Assembly: GCA_903945435.1 (NCBI GenBank)
Contig: CAJAVM010000025.1
Location: 705 to 64,704, forward strand
Length of the DNA: 64,000 bases
From: an uncultured bacterium
GTDB taxonomy: Bacteria; Patescibacteriota; Patescibacteriia; Patescibacteriales; UBA12465
Direction of reading: 5' to 3'
Of the stretch, positions 52,118-60,697 are shown piece after piece. How positions within the stretch are numbered: position 1 is the stretch's first letter; the number at the start of each line of letters is the position of its first letter. Under the pieces are notes generated by a model. It was not told where the DNA came from and ran no database searches. It was given only the letters and a program-made list of their open reading frames with translations. A program made the position numbers and the translations under genes.

Positions 52118-52158
52118 AAGATTATCTAAAGTTTAACAAAAGATAACCTTTGCGTCAA
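52118..52158 (-). promoter_or_regulatory. TA promoter with inverted-repeat operator
   Basis: TTGACG-17-TAAACT on minus strand; AAGATTATCT (52118-27) and AGATAACCTT (52141-50) flank the -10. Confidence 0.6.
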
Positions 52159-52173
52159 GTTGTTCCAATAAAC

Positions 52174-52200
52174 AAAACCCGCCAAAAATTGACGGGCTTT
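52174..52200 (-). terminator. purF terminator
   Basis: AAAGCCCGTCAA-ttt-TTGGCGGGTTTT. Confidence 0.75.
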
Positions 52201-52224
52201 AAACATATTAATACTATAAAAATC

Positions 52225-53733
52225 TTATTTTGCGATATACTTTGGAAGTTCTGGATAAGAACCACCAAAACAACCACCACAAATACCACCGCCATACGTT
52301 TCGGCTACGACTTTATAAAGCCCTGCCGTTTGAAGATAAATCAGCTCATCAGCGCCAACAGTCTGTCTAATGGACTCTAAACTACGTTTATAAGCAATCA
52401 ACTGACTTTGGGTTTGAAAATCCATGCCATTAGGGCAGATATTGGTAATCGGCGGGAAACAAACGCAAAAAATTACTTTTTTTGCGCCCGCTTGTCGCAA
52501 CATTTCGACAATTATTTTTGCCGTATGACTGCGAACAATTGAATCGTCAACAACAATAACTTCTTTCCCAGCCACCGCCTCTTTTTTTAAATGAAGCTTT
52601 TTTCTGATTACCGAAATTCTCTCTTCAGTAGTAGTCGCCGTAAAAGAACGTGACTGTCCACCTAAAGGTTCGTGTGCTCTTTGAAAAGCTTCTTCGTAAA
52701 GATCGCCGTTATGAACCTGGAGGCGCGTACTCAAAACATGAGCAAGGCCTTGGGCGAAATGCTTACCCGAGTCCAAAATTGGAACGACAACATCACCTTT
52801 CAAATCTGGATTTTCCAATACAATCTGTTCTCCGATTTTACGACGGAAATCTTCATTATAAATTCCTTTCTTTTTGGAACGAGGATTGGAAAAATAGATA
52901 CTTTCAAAAACGCAAAAAAATTCTTCCGCTTGCGCATAAATCAGGCTTCGAAATTTTTCTGATTTCTTTTCAAAAATCAACATTTCTCCAGGAAGAACAT
53001 CACGTAAAAATTCGACTCCGGCAAATTGATCGAAAGAAACCGTTTCGGAACAAACCATAAAGCCTGAACCGAGTTTAGCGACGCTTAAAGGGCGAACGCC
53101 ATATCGGTCACGAATAGCAAAAATTTTATCGCGAGTAATAATAAGTAAAGAATAAGAACAAAAAACTTTATTTAAAGCATAAAGAATCGCATTCTCAATC
53201 TTTTTTTCACCAGACGATAAAATCAGATGGATTAAAATTTCCGTATCCGAGGTAGCATCAAATTTGCAGCCGCTTTGTTTAAGCTCGGCTTTTAAATTTT
53301 CAACGTTCACCAAGGTGCCGTTGTGAGCAATGGCAAAAGGGCCATATTTAGATTCTGTAACAATTAAGGGCTGAATATTAGCTACTAACCCTGGGTCACC
53401 TTTAGTTGCATAACGACAATGGGCAATCGCCATATTTCCAGGTAATTCTAAACGAAAACGTTTTTCGTTAAAGTCACGAAACTGGATACTGAAAGGACCG
53501 ACACGACGTCTTTCGTAAATTTTCCCCTGACGTTCTGATACAACGCCGCCGCCTTTCTCTCCACGTTTTTCAATCACGGTAATCAATTGCCCAGTTATCC
53601 AAGAGGCGTTAGGAATATTGATTGCAGCTGCTAAACCACAGTTTTCGGAGAATAAATCCCGAAAATTAAAACCGGACTCTTTACAAAATTTCAATTGCAA
53701 AGAGAATTTCTTAGAACTAGATTTTTCTGTCAT
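52225..53733 (-). CDS. purF: Amidophosphoribosyltransferase (divergent)
   Basis: ENCG, HCRYAT, AHNGTL, RDRYGVRPL, CVFESIYF, VVDDSIVR, C-terminal CGGCF. Confidence 0.9.
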   Translation of the reverse strand: MTEKSSSKKFSLQLKFCKESGFNFRDLFSENCGLAAAINIPNASWITGQLITVIEKRGEKGGGVVSERQGKIYERRRVGPFSIQFRDFNEKRFRLELPGNMAIAHCRYATKGDPGLVANIQPLIVTESKYGPFAIAHNGTLVNVENLKAELKQSGCKFDATSDTEILIHLILSSGEKKIENAILYALNKVFCSYSLLIITRDKIFAIRDRYGVRPLSVAKLGSGFMVCSETVSFDQFAGVEFLRDVLPGEMLIFEKKSEKFRSLIYAQAEEFFCVFESIYFSNPRSKKKGIYNEDFRRKIGEQIVLENPDLKGDVVVPILDSGKHFAQGLAHVLSTRLQVHNGDLYEEAFQRAHEPLGGQSRSFTATTTEERISVIRKKLHLKKEAVAGKEVIVVDDSIVRSHTAKIIVEMLRQAGAKKVIFCVCFPPITNICPNGMDFQTQSQLIAYKRSLESIRQTVGADELIYLQTAGLYKVVAETYGGGICGGCFGGSYPELPKYIAK

Positions 53734-53788
53734 TTCGATGGTTATTTTTTGGTGTAAATAATAAATTTTAAAGGACTAATTAATAAAA

Positions 53789-53818
53789 AAATATACCATT
53801 ACTGGTATATTTGGTCAA
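53789..53818 (-). promoter_or_regulatory. purF promoter overlapping a palindrome (operator or SDR terminator)
   Basis: TTGACC-17-TATATT; AAATATACCA-gtaa-TGGTATATTT. Confidence 0.55.
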
Positions 53819-53829
53819 ATCTGTAAATT

Positions 53830-54489
53830 TTATGATTTTCGGTTAATTATGATTTCACTCACCTCCATGTTTTTAGGAAGATCAAGTGTGTGTTTCAGCG
53901 CGAGCGCTACATCTTCCGCTCTCATCCACTCACTACCATCTGCGGTATTGTCTACTCCTGTAGCTTTTTCAAATAATTTAGTCTTAAACCCTCCTGGACA
54001 AAAACTAATCACTCGAGATTTTGTGCCTTTAAGCTCAAGCTGAAGATTGGCACTAAAACCACGCATCGCCCACTTAGAAGCGCCATAAACAGCTTGATCA
54101 AGATAACCTTTTAAGCCCACAGAGGATGCAACATTTACAATATCGGCTTCATCCTGTTTTATCTTTTTAATGAGATTAGAAATTAACAAAATAGCAGCCT
54201 TCACATTCACTGATAGCAGGCGATCAAATTCTGCTCCCGTTATTTTTTCTAATTTCTGAACTGATAAAACACCGGCGCAATTAATTATCGCTTCAATTTT
54301 TTCATCCATCTTTAATATTTCACTAACCGCTCCCTTTATTTCTTCTTCATTAGATAAATCGCACAGGATATTAGAATCGGTAAATTCTGATTTTCGTCTT
54401 GAAATATTTATTACCTTCTTGCCCGCTTCTTTATAAAGTTTCGCGACCTGCAAGCCTAATCCATCACTAGCTCCGGTAATTATAATCAT
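53830..54489 (-). CDS. Short-chain dehydrogenase/reductase
   Basis: TGASDGLG, NCAG, YGASK. Confidence 0.93.
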   Translation of the reverse strand: MIIITGASDGLGLQVAKLYKEAGKKVINISRRKSEFTDSNILCDLSNEEEIKGAVSEILKMDEKIEAIINCAGVLSVQKLEKITGAEFDRLLSVNVKAAILLISNLIKKIKQDEADIVNVASSVGLKGYLDQAVYGASKWAMRGFSANLQLELKGTKSRVISFCPGGFKTKLFEKATGVDNTADGSEWMRAEDVALALKHTLDLPKNMEVSEIIINRKS

Positions 54490-54508
54490 ATATTTTTCAT
54501 TAATTTAT

Positions 54509-54964
54509 TTAAAATTTTAACTCCCAACCTATTTCGCTGTAAGGAATATTATTTTGAATATTATTTAAAGCCATTTTAACTTCAGGGACAATATTTTTAG
54601 GCAAATCATTTAACTCGAACCATTTTAACTCATCACATTTGTCTGGCTCCATATTTATAATTTCTCCAGTCCATTTATTAGCGCTCACAAAAATATCAAA
54701 ATACTCACGATCCGTTGAAAGTCTATGAATAACGCTAACTACCTTTAAATCATTAGCAGCTATTGTTATACCTGATTCCTCAAGTGCTTCACGGGCAATA
54801 CACTGGGTGGCTGTTTCCCCGCCTTCAAAATGACCAGAAACTAAACTATAATTTCCATCTTGATATCCAGTATGATAACGTCTTAACAGCAAAATCTTCT
54901 TGTCTTTAATCAATATTAAATATGCGGAAGCATACGGCCTGAATCTTTCTTCGTGATTAGACAT
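54509..54964 (-). CDS. NUDIX hydrolase
   Basis: GHFEGGETATQCIAREALEESG Nudix box; NMEPDKC. Confidence 0.92.
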   Translation of the reverse strand: MSNHEERFRPYASAYLILIKDKKILLLRRYHTGYQDGNYSLVSGHFEGGETATQCIAREALEESGITIAANDLKVVSVIHRLSTDREYFDIFVSANKWTGEIINMEPDKCDELKWFELNDLPKNIVPEVKMALNNIQNNIPYSEIGWELKF

Positions 54965-54992
54965 ATTATTTTAGTTATATATCTTAAATTAA

Positions 54993-56738
54993 TTATTTCT
55001 TTCTTACATTTACGGAATTCTCTCTAGCCTGATTGATTTGTTGTCTTACTTCCGCTTCTACATTATTTTCTTGAGCTATTTTTAAAATATTTTTCTCTAA
55101 ATCTTTTTTATAAGTCTCAACCTTTTGGCTAGCATATTCTATACCGAATCTTGTTATCCCAGTTGGGCCAAATAATTGACCAAGCATGACCGTAAAGGCG
55201 TCTTTAGGTATAAATCTTGGTTTCCAAACTATTCTTTCCTCAAAAGTTGTATTTTTATCATAAAATGCAATACCTAAAGCACTATTATAATATAACGTTC
55301 TTTGTACTGAATCTGGATGAAACCACCCCATTTGATCAGCAGCCTGAACTATTTTTCCAGAAATATTTTTAGGTGGGTATAAATCTGGCGTAAACTCATT
55401 ACTTTGAAAATCATGACAAAGTATGGCATCTTCTATAAATGGCATAAGACTATTCAGCCCCAATTTATCACAAAATATTTTTGCCCTTTCAGCGCTAAGT
55501 ATATGATGAAATTTCTGCTCCTCGGCAATAACTCCGCCCTGTTCATTAAATCTTCCGGAATCATGAAAAATTGCAGCAATTTCAACTATTAATTTTACAG
55601 ACTCCATAGCATTTTTCTCATCAACTTGCATCCCCTCTCTTAAGAGTTCTTTGTTTTCAACGCTATTTAAATTATTTATTAATTTTAGACATGCTAATCT
55701 AACTTGGTTTCCATGAATAAATCCATGATGATTATCATTCAAAAAGACTTTTAACCAGTCTTTATTGCCAAAACATTTTAACAATATATTTTTAAATTCA
55801 TTCTCTCTATTCTCAATATCAAACAATAAATTTTGAGCATTCTTTTTTTTAATAGAAAAATTATATATTCCCACGCCCACCAAGGCAAAGAAGGCTCCAA
55901 CTAAAAATAAAACTGATAATTTTTCCGATAAAAAATAATAAGCCCACACAAAAGTTGCAAACGGTTGAATATACAAAACCATTGAGGCCATAACAGGAGT
56001 AGATTTTTTTACGATAATTTGGCTTATAAGATAATAAACAGCCGTACTAAAAATAGCTACAAATACTAGGGCGGCGTATGCGTTTATTGAAACGCCGTAC
56101 CACCAAGTCGGTTCTCTCAAGAAATCAAAAATTGAAAGAAAAAATAATAAAATAGTGGTGGTAAAAATAAAATAATTGTTAATTTCTAAAGATGAATACT
56201 GGGAGTGAAATTGTTTTGATAATACCCAATATAAAGAAATCGACAACATGGCACAAACAATGATTAAATTACCACCGATAGTACTTCCTCCATTATTATT
56301 GGAAATCAGGGGTAATAAGACAACTATTATCGTCCCCACAAAACCAACTACTATGCCAATAATTTTATTGACCCCGAACCGTTCTTTTAAATAATAAAAA
56401 GACAACAAAGCGGAAACTATGGGCACGGCGGTATAAATCATTTGGCTGATGTTGGCCGTTGTATACTTTATGCCATATGCAAATAACACAACATTGGCCG
56501 AAGCTAATAGAGATAAGAAAATGATTTTATAATCTTTTCGTTTAAAGGTTGGTAAGCATTTCAAAGAGAACGGAAGTAAAACAACAGAAGCAATGAAAAA
56601 CCTTAAAAAAGTAAAACTAAAAGACGGAATTTCTTTTAAAGCTATTTTACCAAAAACACCAGCGCCTCCACCAAGAATGGCCGCAAATATTATTAAAAAA
56701 AATATTAATAATTTATTTGAGTGTGCTTTATTATTCAT
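54993..56738 (-). CDS. EamA/DMT transporter fused to an HD-domain phosphohydrolase
   Basis: About 295 aa of ten-TM EamA, then HHGFIHG, AAIFHDSGR, CHD, AADQ. Confidence 0.8.
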   Translation of the reverse strand: MNNKAHSNKLLIFFLIIFAAILGGGAGVFGKIALKEIPSFSFTFLRFFIASVVLLPFSLKCLPTFKRKDYKIIFLSLLASANVVLFAYGIKYTTANISQMIYTAVPIVSALLSFYYLKERFGVNKIIGIVVGFVGTIIVVLLPLISNNNGGSTIGGNLIIVCAMLSISLYWVLSKQFHSQYSSLEINNYFIFTTTILLFFLSIFDFLREPTWWYGVSINAYAALVFVAIFSTAVYYLISQIIVKKSTPVMASMVLYIQPFATFVWAYYFLSEKLSVLFLVGAFFALVGVGIYNFSIKKKNAQNLLFDIENRENEFKNILLKCFGNKDWLKVFLNDNHHGFIHGNQVRLACLKLINNLNSVENKELLREGMQVDEKNAMESVKLIVEIAAIFHDSGRFNEQGGVIAEEQKFHHILSAERAKIFCDKLGLNSLMPFIEDAILCHDFQSNEFTPDLYPPKNISGKIVQAADQMGWFHPDSVQRTLYYNSALGIAFYDKNTTFEERIVWKPRFIPKDAFTVMLGQLFGPTGITRFGIEYASQKVETYKKDLEKNILKIAQENNVEAEVRQQINQARENSVNVRKK

Positions 56739-56764
56739 ATATTCAAAATGTATCAGAGATAGAG

Positions 56765-57856
56765 TTATGATGCTCTTTTTAAAATCCTAACTATTCCATT
56801 ATTAGCGTCTACTTCGACTAGGTCCCCATCTTTAATAACTTTGCTAGCATTTTCCGTTGCTAAAATACATGGCTTTTTTAGTTCTCTAGCAACAATGGCC
56901 GCATGTGATAATAATCCCCCCGCGTCAGTTACAAAGGCAGAAGCTTTTTTCATTAAAGGCAAAAATTCTGGCCTAGTCATTCCGGTTATTAAAACATCGC
57001 CCTTATCAAATTTTTTTACTTTAAAGGGATTAAAAATTATTCTAGCCGTCCCCTTTGCCAAACCCCTATATGCAATAGACCCTTTTAACTCATTACCAGT
57101 AAAGCTTGCGAGGCCTTTTTGCAAATCCTTATAGGAAGAACCGACGAGTAATTCTACAGTTTTCTGCTGGCAAAAAAATGCGACACCATTTGAGCGACCA
57201 ACAAGTTCCTTCTTGGATGGTAATTTATGATTTTTTAAATATTGTTCAATTTCATCTATTGTTAAAAAATCTACCAAATCTTTGGCATGCCCCGTTTCTT
57301 GAGCAATTAATTTTGTATACTTTCTCAAGGCTAAATCTACAGCATTAAATAAATGTTCCGTTTTTAGTCTAGCAGCAATAAGCCCTGGAGTTAATTTTTT
57401 TTGTAATTTTTCCGGCAAGTAATCTACTACTTTTTTCATTGAGAAGTGTGGAGGAATATGTAAATAAAAAGCGGACTTCAGCTCTAATAAGTTAGACAAT
57501 GTAAGATTGTTTTTATTTTTTAACTTCGCCATCACTTCAAATAAATGTTCGGCCGTAGCAATAGTATCTTTCGCCCATTTTTTAGCTAATGCATTATCTT
57601 TAATGATTAACCCCGCCGTATAAGTACAATATTTATCTAACACTTTCTTAGCTATATAATTTGAACTAACTTTTTGTTCACAAACAAGCAAATTGGTATC
57701 TAAATTTTTACCTATATAAGATTTTAAGCCTTGAGTATAGGTATAATATAAAGTCGCAAAAGCTATCCGCCAATTTCCCGACCAATTTTTAACCCATTTT
57801 TCTGATTTAATTTGAGAAAGGTGTGATATTTTATTCATATAAGTTTGCACAGACAA
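56765..57856 (-). CDS. PEP-utilising enzyme mobile (phospho-His) domain protein
   Basis: VTDAGGLLSHAAIVARELKKPC; no ATP-grasp or pyruvate-binding domain; start may be ATG 57838. Confidence 0.88.
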   Translation of the reverse strand: MSVQTYMNKISHLSQIKSEKWVKNWSGNWRIAFATLYYTYTQGLKSYIGKNLDTNLLVCEQKVSSNYIAKKVLDKYCTYTAGLIIKDNALAKKWAKDTIATAEHLFEVMAKLKNKNNLTLSNLLELKSAFYLHIPPHFSMKKVVDYLPEKLQKKLTPGLIAARLKTEHLFNAVDLALRKYTKLIAQETGHAKDLVDFLTIDEIEQYLKNHKLPSKKELVGRSNGVAFFCQQKTVELLVGSSYKDLQKGLASFTGNELKGSIAYRGLAKGTARIIFNPFKVKKFDKGDVLITGMTRPEFLPLMKKASAFVTDAGGLLSHAAIVARELKKPCILATENASKVIKDGDLVEVDANNGIVRILKRAS

Positions 57857-57878
57857 TGCGGCACATTTATAAATCTGA

Positions 57879-58352
57879 TTAAGAGTTATTTATTTTAGTA
57901 GCGAAATCATTTATCACATCCGACATTTTATCTTGAGCGACTTCTTTAGTTAATAAACTAAAAGAGGCTATCGGTTTTTTATTCAATAATTGGGCCATTT
58001 GTATAAAAGCCTTTTCAGCACCAGAGCCACCTTGAGTACAGAAAAAAGCAACTTTGTTTATTTTATCCTTTTGTTCAGTTAGTAAAGTTCTCACTGGAGT
58101 AGACATCGTCCAGGCCCAAACAGGAGTGCCAATAATTACTAATTCGTATTCATTTATATTGTGGATTAGCGGTTTTAATGTTGTTAATTTTTTAAAAGTG
58201 GCATCTCGTCCAGACAATAAATAGCCACTAGCGCCTGAGCGATTAACAGTATCATAAATCTCTTCTGTATCGGCATTAAAAATAACAGCCAATTTGTCGG
58301 CTACTTTTTTAGTCATGCCAGTACGAGAATAAAACAAGATTAAAGTTTTCAT
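57879..58352 (-). CDS. Flavodoxin-like protein
   Basis: FYSRTGMT, GTPVW, FCTQGG. Confidence 0.9.
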   Translation of the reverse strand: MKTLILFYSRTGMTKKVADKLAVIFNADTEEIYDTVNRSGASGYLLSGRDATFKKLTTLKPLIHNINEYELVIIGTPVWAWTMSTPVRTLLTEQKDKINKVAFFCTQGGSGAEKAFIQMAQLLNKKPIASFSLLTKEVAQDKMSDVINDFATKINNS

Positions 58353-58360
58353 ATTTATAA

Positions 58361-58849
58361 TTATTTTATATAGCTATCAAAATATATAAAGTGACAAGTG
58401 TAGCCACCTGGATTTTTTTGTAAATAATCTTGATGGTAGTCTTCCGCTGGATAAAACTGTTGAAATGGCTCCACCGTGGTAACTACGGGGCTTTTCCATC
58501 TTTTTGATTTATTTACAATTTCGATAAAATTTTTAGCCTCTACTTCTTCTTCTTTACTACCAACAAAAATTGCCGACCGATAAGAAGAGCCAACATCATT
58601 ACCTTGTTGATTTAAAGTTGTTGGATTATGAATTTGAAAGAAAAAATCTAACAACTTTTTATAAGAAGTTTTTTCGGAATCATATTCTATTTCCACCGCC
58701 TCAGCGTGACCCTCATGATTTTCATAAGTTGGATTTTGAATATCTCCTCCAGTATAACCAACTCTAGTACTCAGCACGCCTGGCTGTTTTCGAATGAGCT
58801 CCTCCATTCCCCAAAAGCACCCGCCAGCCAATACGATTTTGTTGGCCAT
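58361..58849 (-). CDS. msrA: Peptide methionine sulfoxide reductase A
   Basis: [19 protein letters not shown]. Confidence 0.97.
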   Translation of the reverse strand: MANKIVLAGGCFWGMEELIRKQPGVLSTRVGYTGGDIQNPTYENHEGHAEAVEIEYDSEKTSYKKLLDFFFQIHNPTTLNQQGNDVGSSYRSAIFVGSKEEEVEAKNFIEIVNKSKRWKSPVVTTVEPFQQFYPAEDYHQDYLQKNPGGYTCHFIYFDSYIK

Positions 58850-58855
58850 ATATTT

Positions 58856-59485
58856 TTATTTTATTTCGACTAATACCTCATTTCTAGTCATCCACGGTGG
58901 AGTAAACGGTGCATTATAGCCAGCGTAGGCAATATCTCCTTCCGCTATAAATCCATCATTTGTAAGAGCTGATATTAATTTTTCTTGCATACGTTTAATC
59001 CGGGCGTCAGAGCGATACCACGAGAACCTCATAGCTCCATATTTCTTAGCCGGAATAGTTATGATTTTGACTCTGGAGTCATCCGGAATTGGTAGGGTTT
59101 CGAGCGTATATGAACGAGGCATTCCAAAAGATATTAACTGTGAATCACCCTCAGCTGTTGATAGTACCGGGGTTGTCATAGCGATAGTTTCCGATTTAGC
59201 AACTACAGGGGTGGTCATAGCAATCGTCTCTTTTGTTTTGTTTTTTCCAAAAATATATCCAGCCACTATTCTGAAACCATTGTTCATAGATTCTCCGTAA
59301 GGGCCCTGCACTCTAGTTTGAGCAACAATATGCGCTGGATATTCTCGTATTTCATAACCATGCATTTTTTTTACTACAGAATAATTTGCCTGCTCAACAT
59401 TAGAACCAAAAAATCCCCAAACTGACCAGAGCAAGGCGAGAACCATAATAACAACTATTACGTAAATCATATTAGTAAGACGCAT
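58856..59485 (-). CDS. SOUL heme-binding family protein
   Basis: YEIREYP, GYIFG.N, IAMTTPV, YNAPFTP..RNEV. Confidence 0.92.
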   Translation of the reverse strand: MRLTNMIYVIVVIMVLALLWSVWGFFGSNVEQANYSVVKKMHGYEIREYPAHIVAQTRVQGPYGESMNNGFRIVAGYIFGKNKTKETIAMTTPVVAKSETIAMTTPVLSTAEGDSQLISFGMPRSYTLETLPIPDDSRVKIITIPAKKYGAMRFSWYRSDARIKRMQEKLISALTNDGFIAEGDIAYAGYNAPFTPPWMTRNEVLVEIK

Positions 59486-59529
59486 ACATAGTTACGTCAT
59501 AAAGCATAAATTAATCTTACTCTTTTCGT

Positions 59530-59571
59530 TTATATAACAAAAATAGCACAAAAAGTGCTATTTTGTAAATC
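59530..59571. repeat. 42-bp palindromic promoter element, copy 2
   Basis: 41/42 identical to 40745-40786. Confidence 0.9.
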
Positions 59572-59635
59572 TGTTAAGATTGACATCGCCATTAGAATAC
59601 CGGCTTCTCAACTCATTAAACTACTAGCCTTTTAT

Positions 59636-60511
59636 TTAATTTACAACTAACAAGAAAACGCCACCAAGAATAACAATAGTCGCAAGAATTTTTTTCACAA
59701 TATCTTTTTCACCAAAAAATCTTTCCCCAACAAAGACGTTAAATAAGGATGATAATCGATAAACGGCTATTATCAAACCGATGCTACCAGCAATTTTAAC
59801 TGCGGAAACATATAAATAACGATGAGCAACTGTAAGCAAAGAGATAAGCACAATTATTTTCCAGAACTTAAGAATGCTTGTTTTTAATTCTGGAAATAAA
59901 TTAGGTTTAACATTAACAAAAATTAAATAATTAAAAGCGACAAAGATTTGAATAATCGCTAAATAAGCCAAGGAATTCACCCCTAAGCCAGAGAGCATGG
60001 CCCTATCGAATACCGCGCCTAATCCGCCAAGCACAAGACAAAGACCAATATAAAGAACGTATCTTTTTCTTCCCTTTCTGAATATGCCACTACTAGTTTT
60101 AAAATTTTGAAATTCTAAAAACATAATACCAGCAACCATCAAAAATAATCCGGCAATTTGAAAAATATTCAATTTTTCTCCTAAAATAAAAAACGCTAAC
60201 AAAGAAACAACTAGTGGCAAGAGTGCTAAAATTGGAGCGACTTCACTAATTGCACTATGTTTTATAGCTTTAAAAATCAGCAATGAAGTAACGGTTGATA
60301 ATAAAGAGATAGCATAGATTAGCCCTAATATAGACCAACTTATTTGTGATAAATCAGCAAAGAAAATAAATGGAGCTAGAACAATAGCGTTACCGAAGGC
60401 AAACATAGCCGCAAAATTGAAAGTACGAGCTTCGCTTAAAGTTCTTTTTTCTAAAATTGTTTCAAAAACAATAAAAAAAACCGCAGTAATAACTAATAGG
60501 AACCAAATCAT
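59636..60511 (-). CDS. EamA/DMT family transporter
   Basis: Ten TM segments; ILGEKL and FFGEK. Confidence 0.88.
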   Translation of the reverse strand: MIWFLLVITAVFFIVFETILEKRTLSEARTFNFAAMFAFGNAIVLAPFIFFADLSQISWSILGLIYAISLLSTVTSLLIFKAIKHSAISEVAPILALLPLVVSLLAFFILGEKLNIFQIAGLFLMVAGIMFLEFQNFKTSSGIFRKGRKRYVLYIGLCLVLGGLGAVFDRAMLSGLGVNSLAYLAIIQIFVAFNYLIFVNVKPNLFPELKTSILKFWKIIVLISLLTVAHRYLYVSAVKIAGSIGLIIAVYRLSSLFNVFVGERFFGEKDIVKKILATIVILGGVFLLVVN

Positions 60512-60650
60512 AAAATTATTTTAATATTTTTACTTGTTTAATAAAAGATTTAAATGTATACAATCCATTAAAAATATAAACCATACTAGCATCTTAACAA
60601 ATTAATCACAGAAGATACTTTAGTTTTAACAACATTTAACCTAAGTAACA

Positions 60651-60678
60651 TAAAAGACCTTTAAAAATAGGTCTTTTA
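60651..60678 (-). terminator. Probable terminator
   Basis: TAAAAGACCT-8 nt-AGGTCTTTTA. Confidence 0.7.
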
Positions 60679-60697
60679 TCTGTATTTTATAACCAGA

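Noticed and set aside
29706..60511. Integron cassette array (long co-oriented run of unrelated genes)
   Set aside because: Most spacers are under about 35 nt with no attC-like repeats, and no integrase is seen
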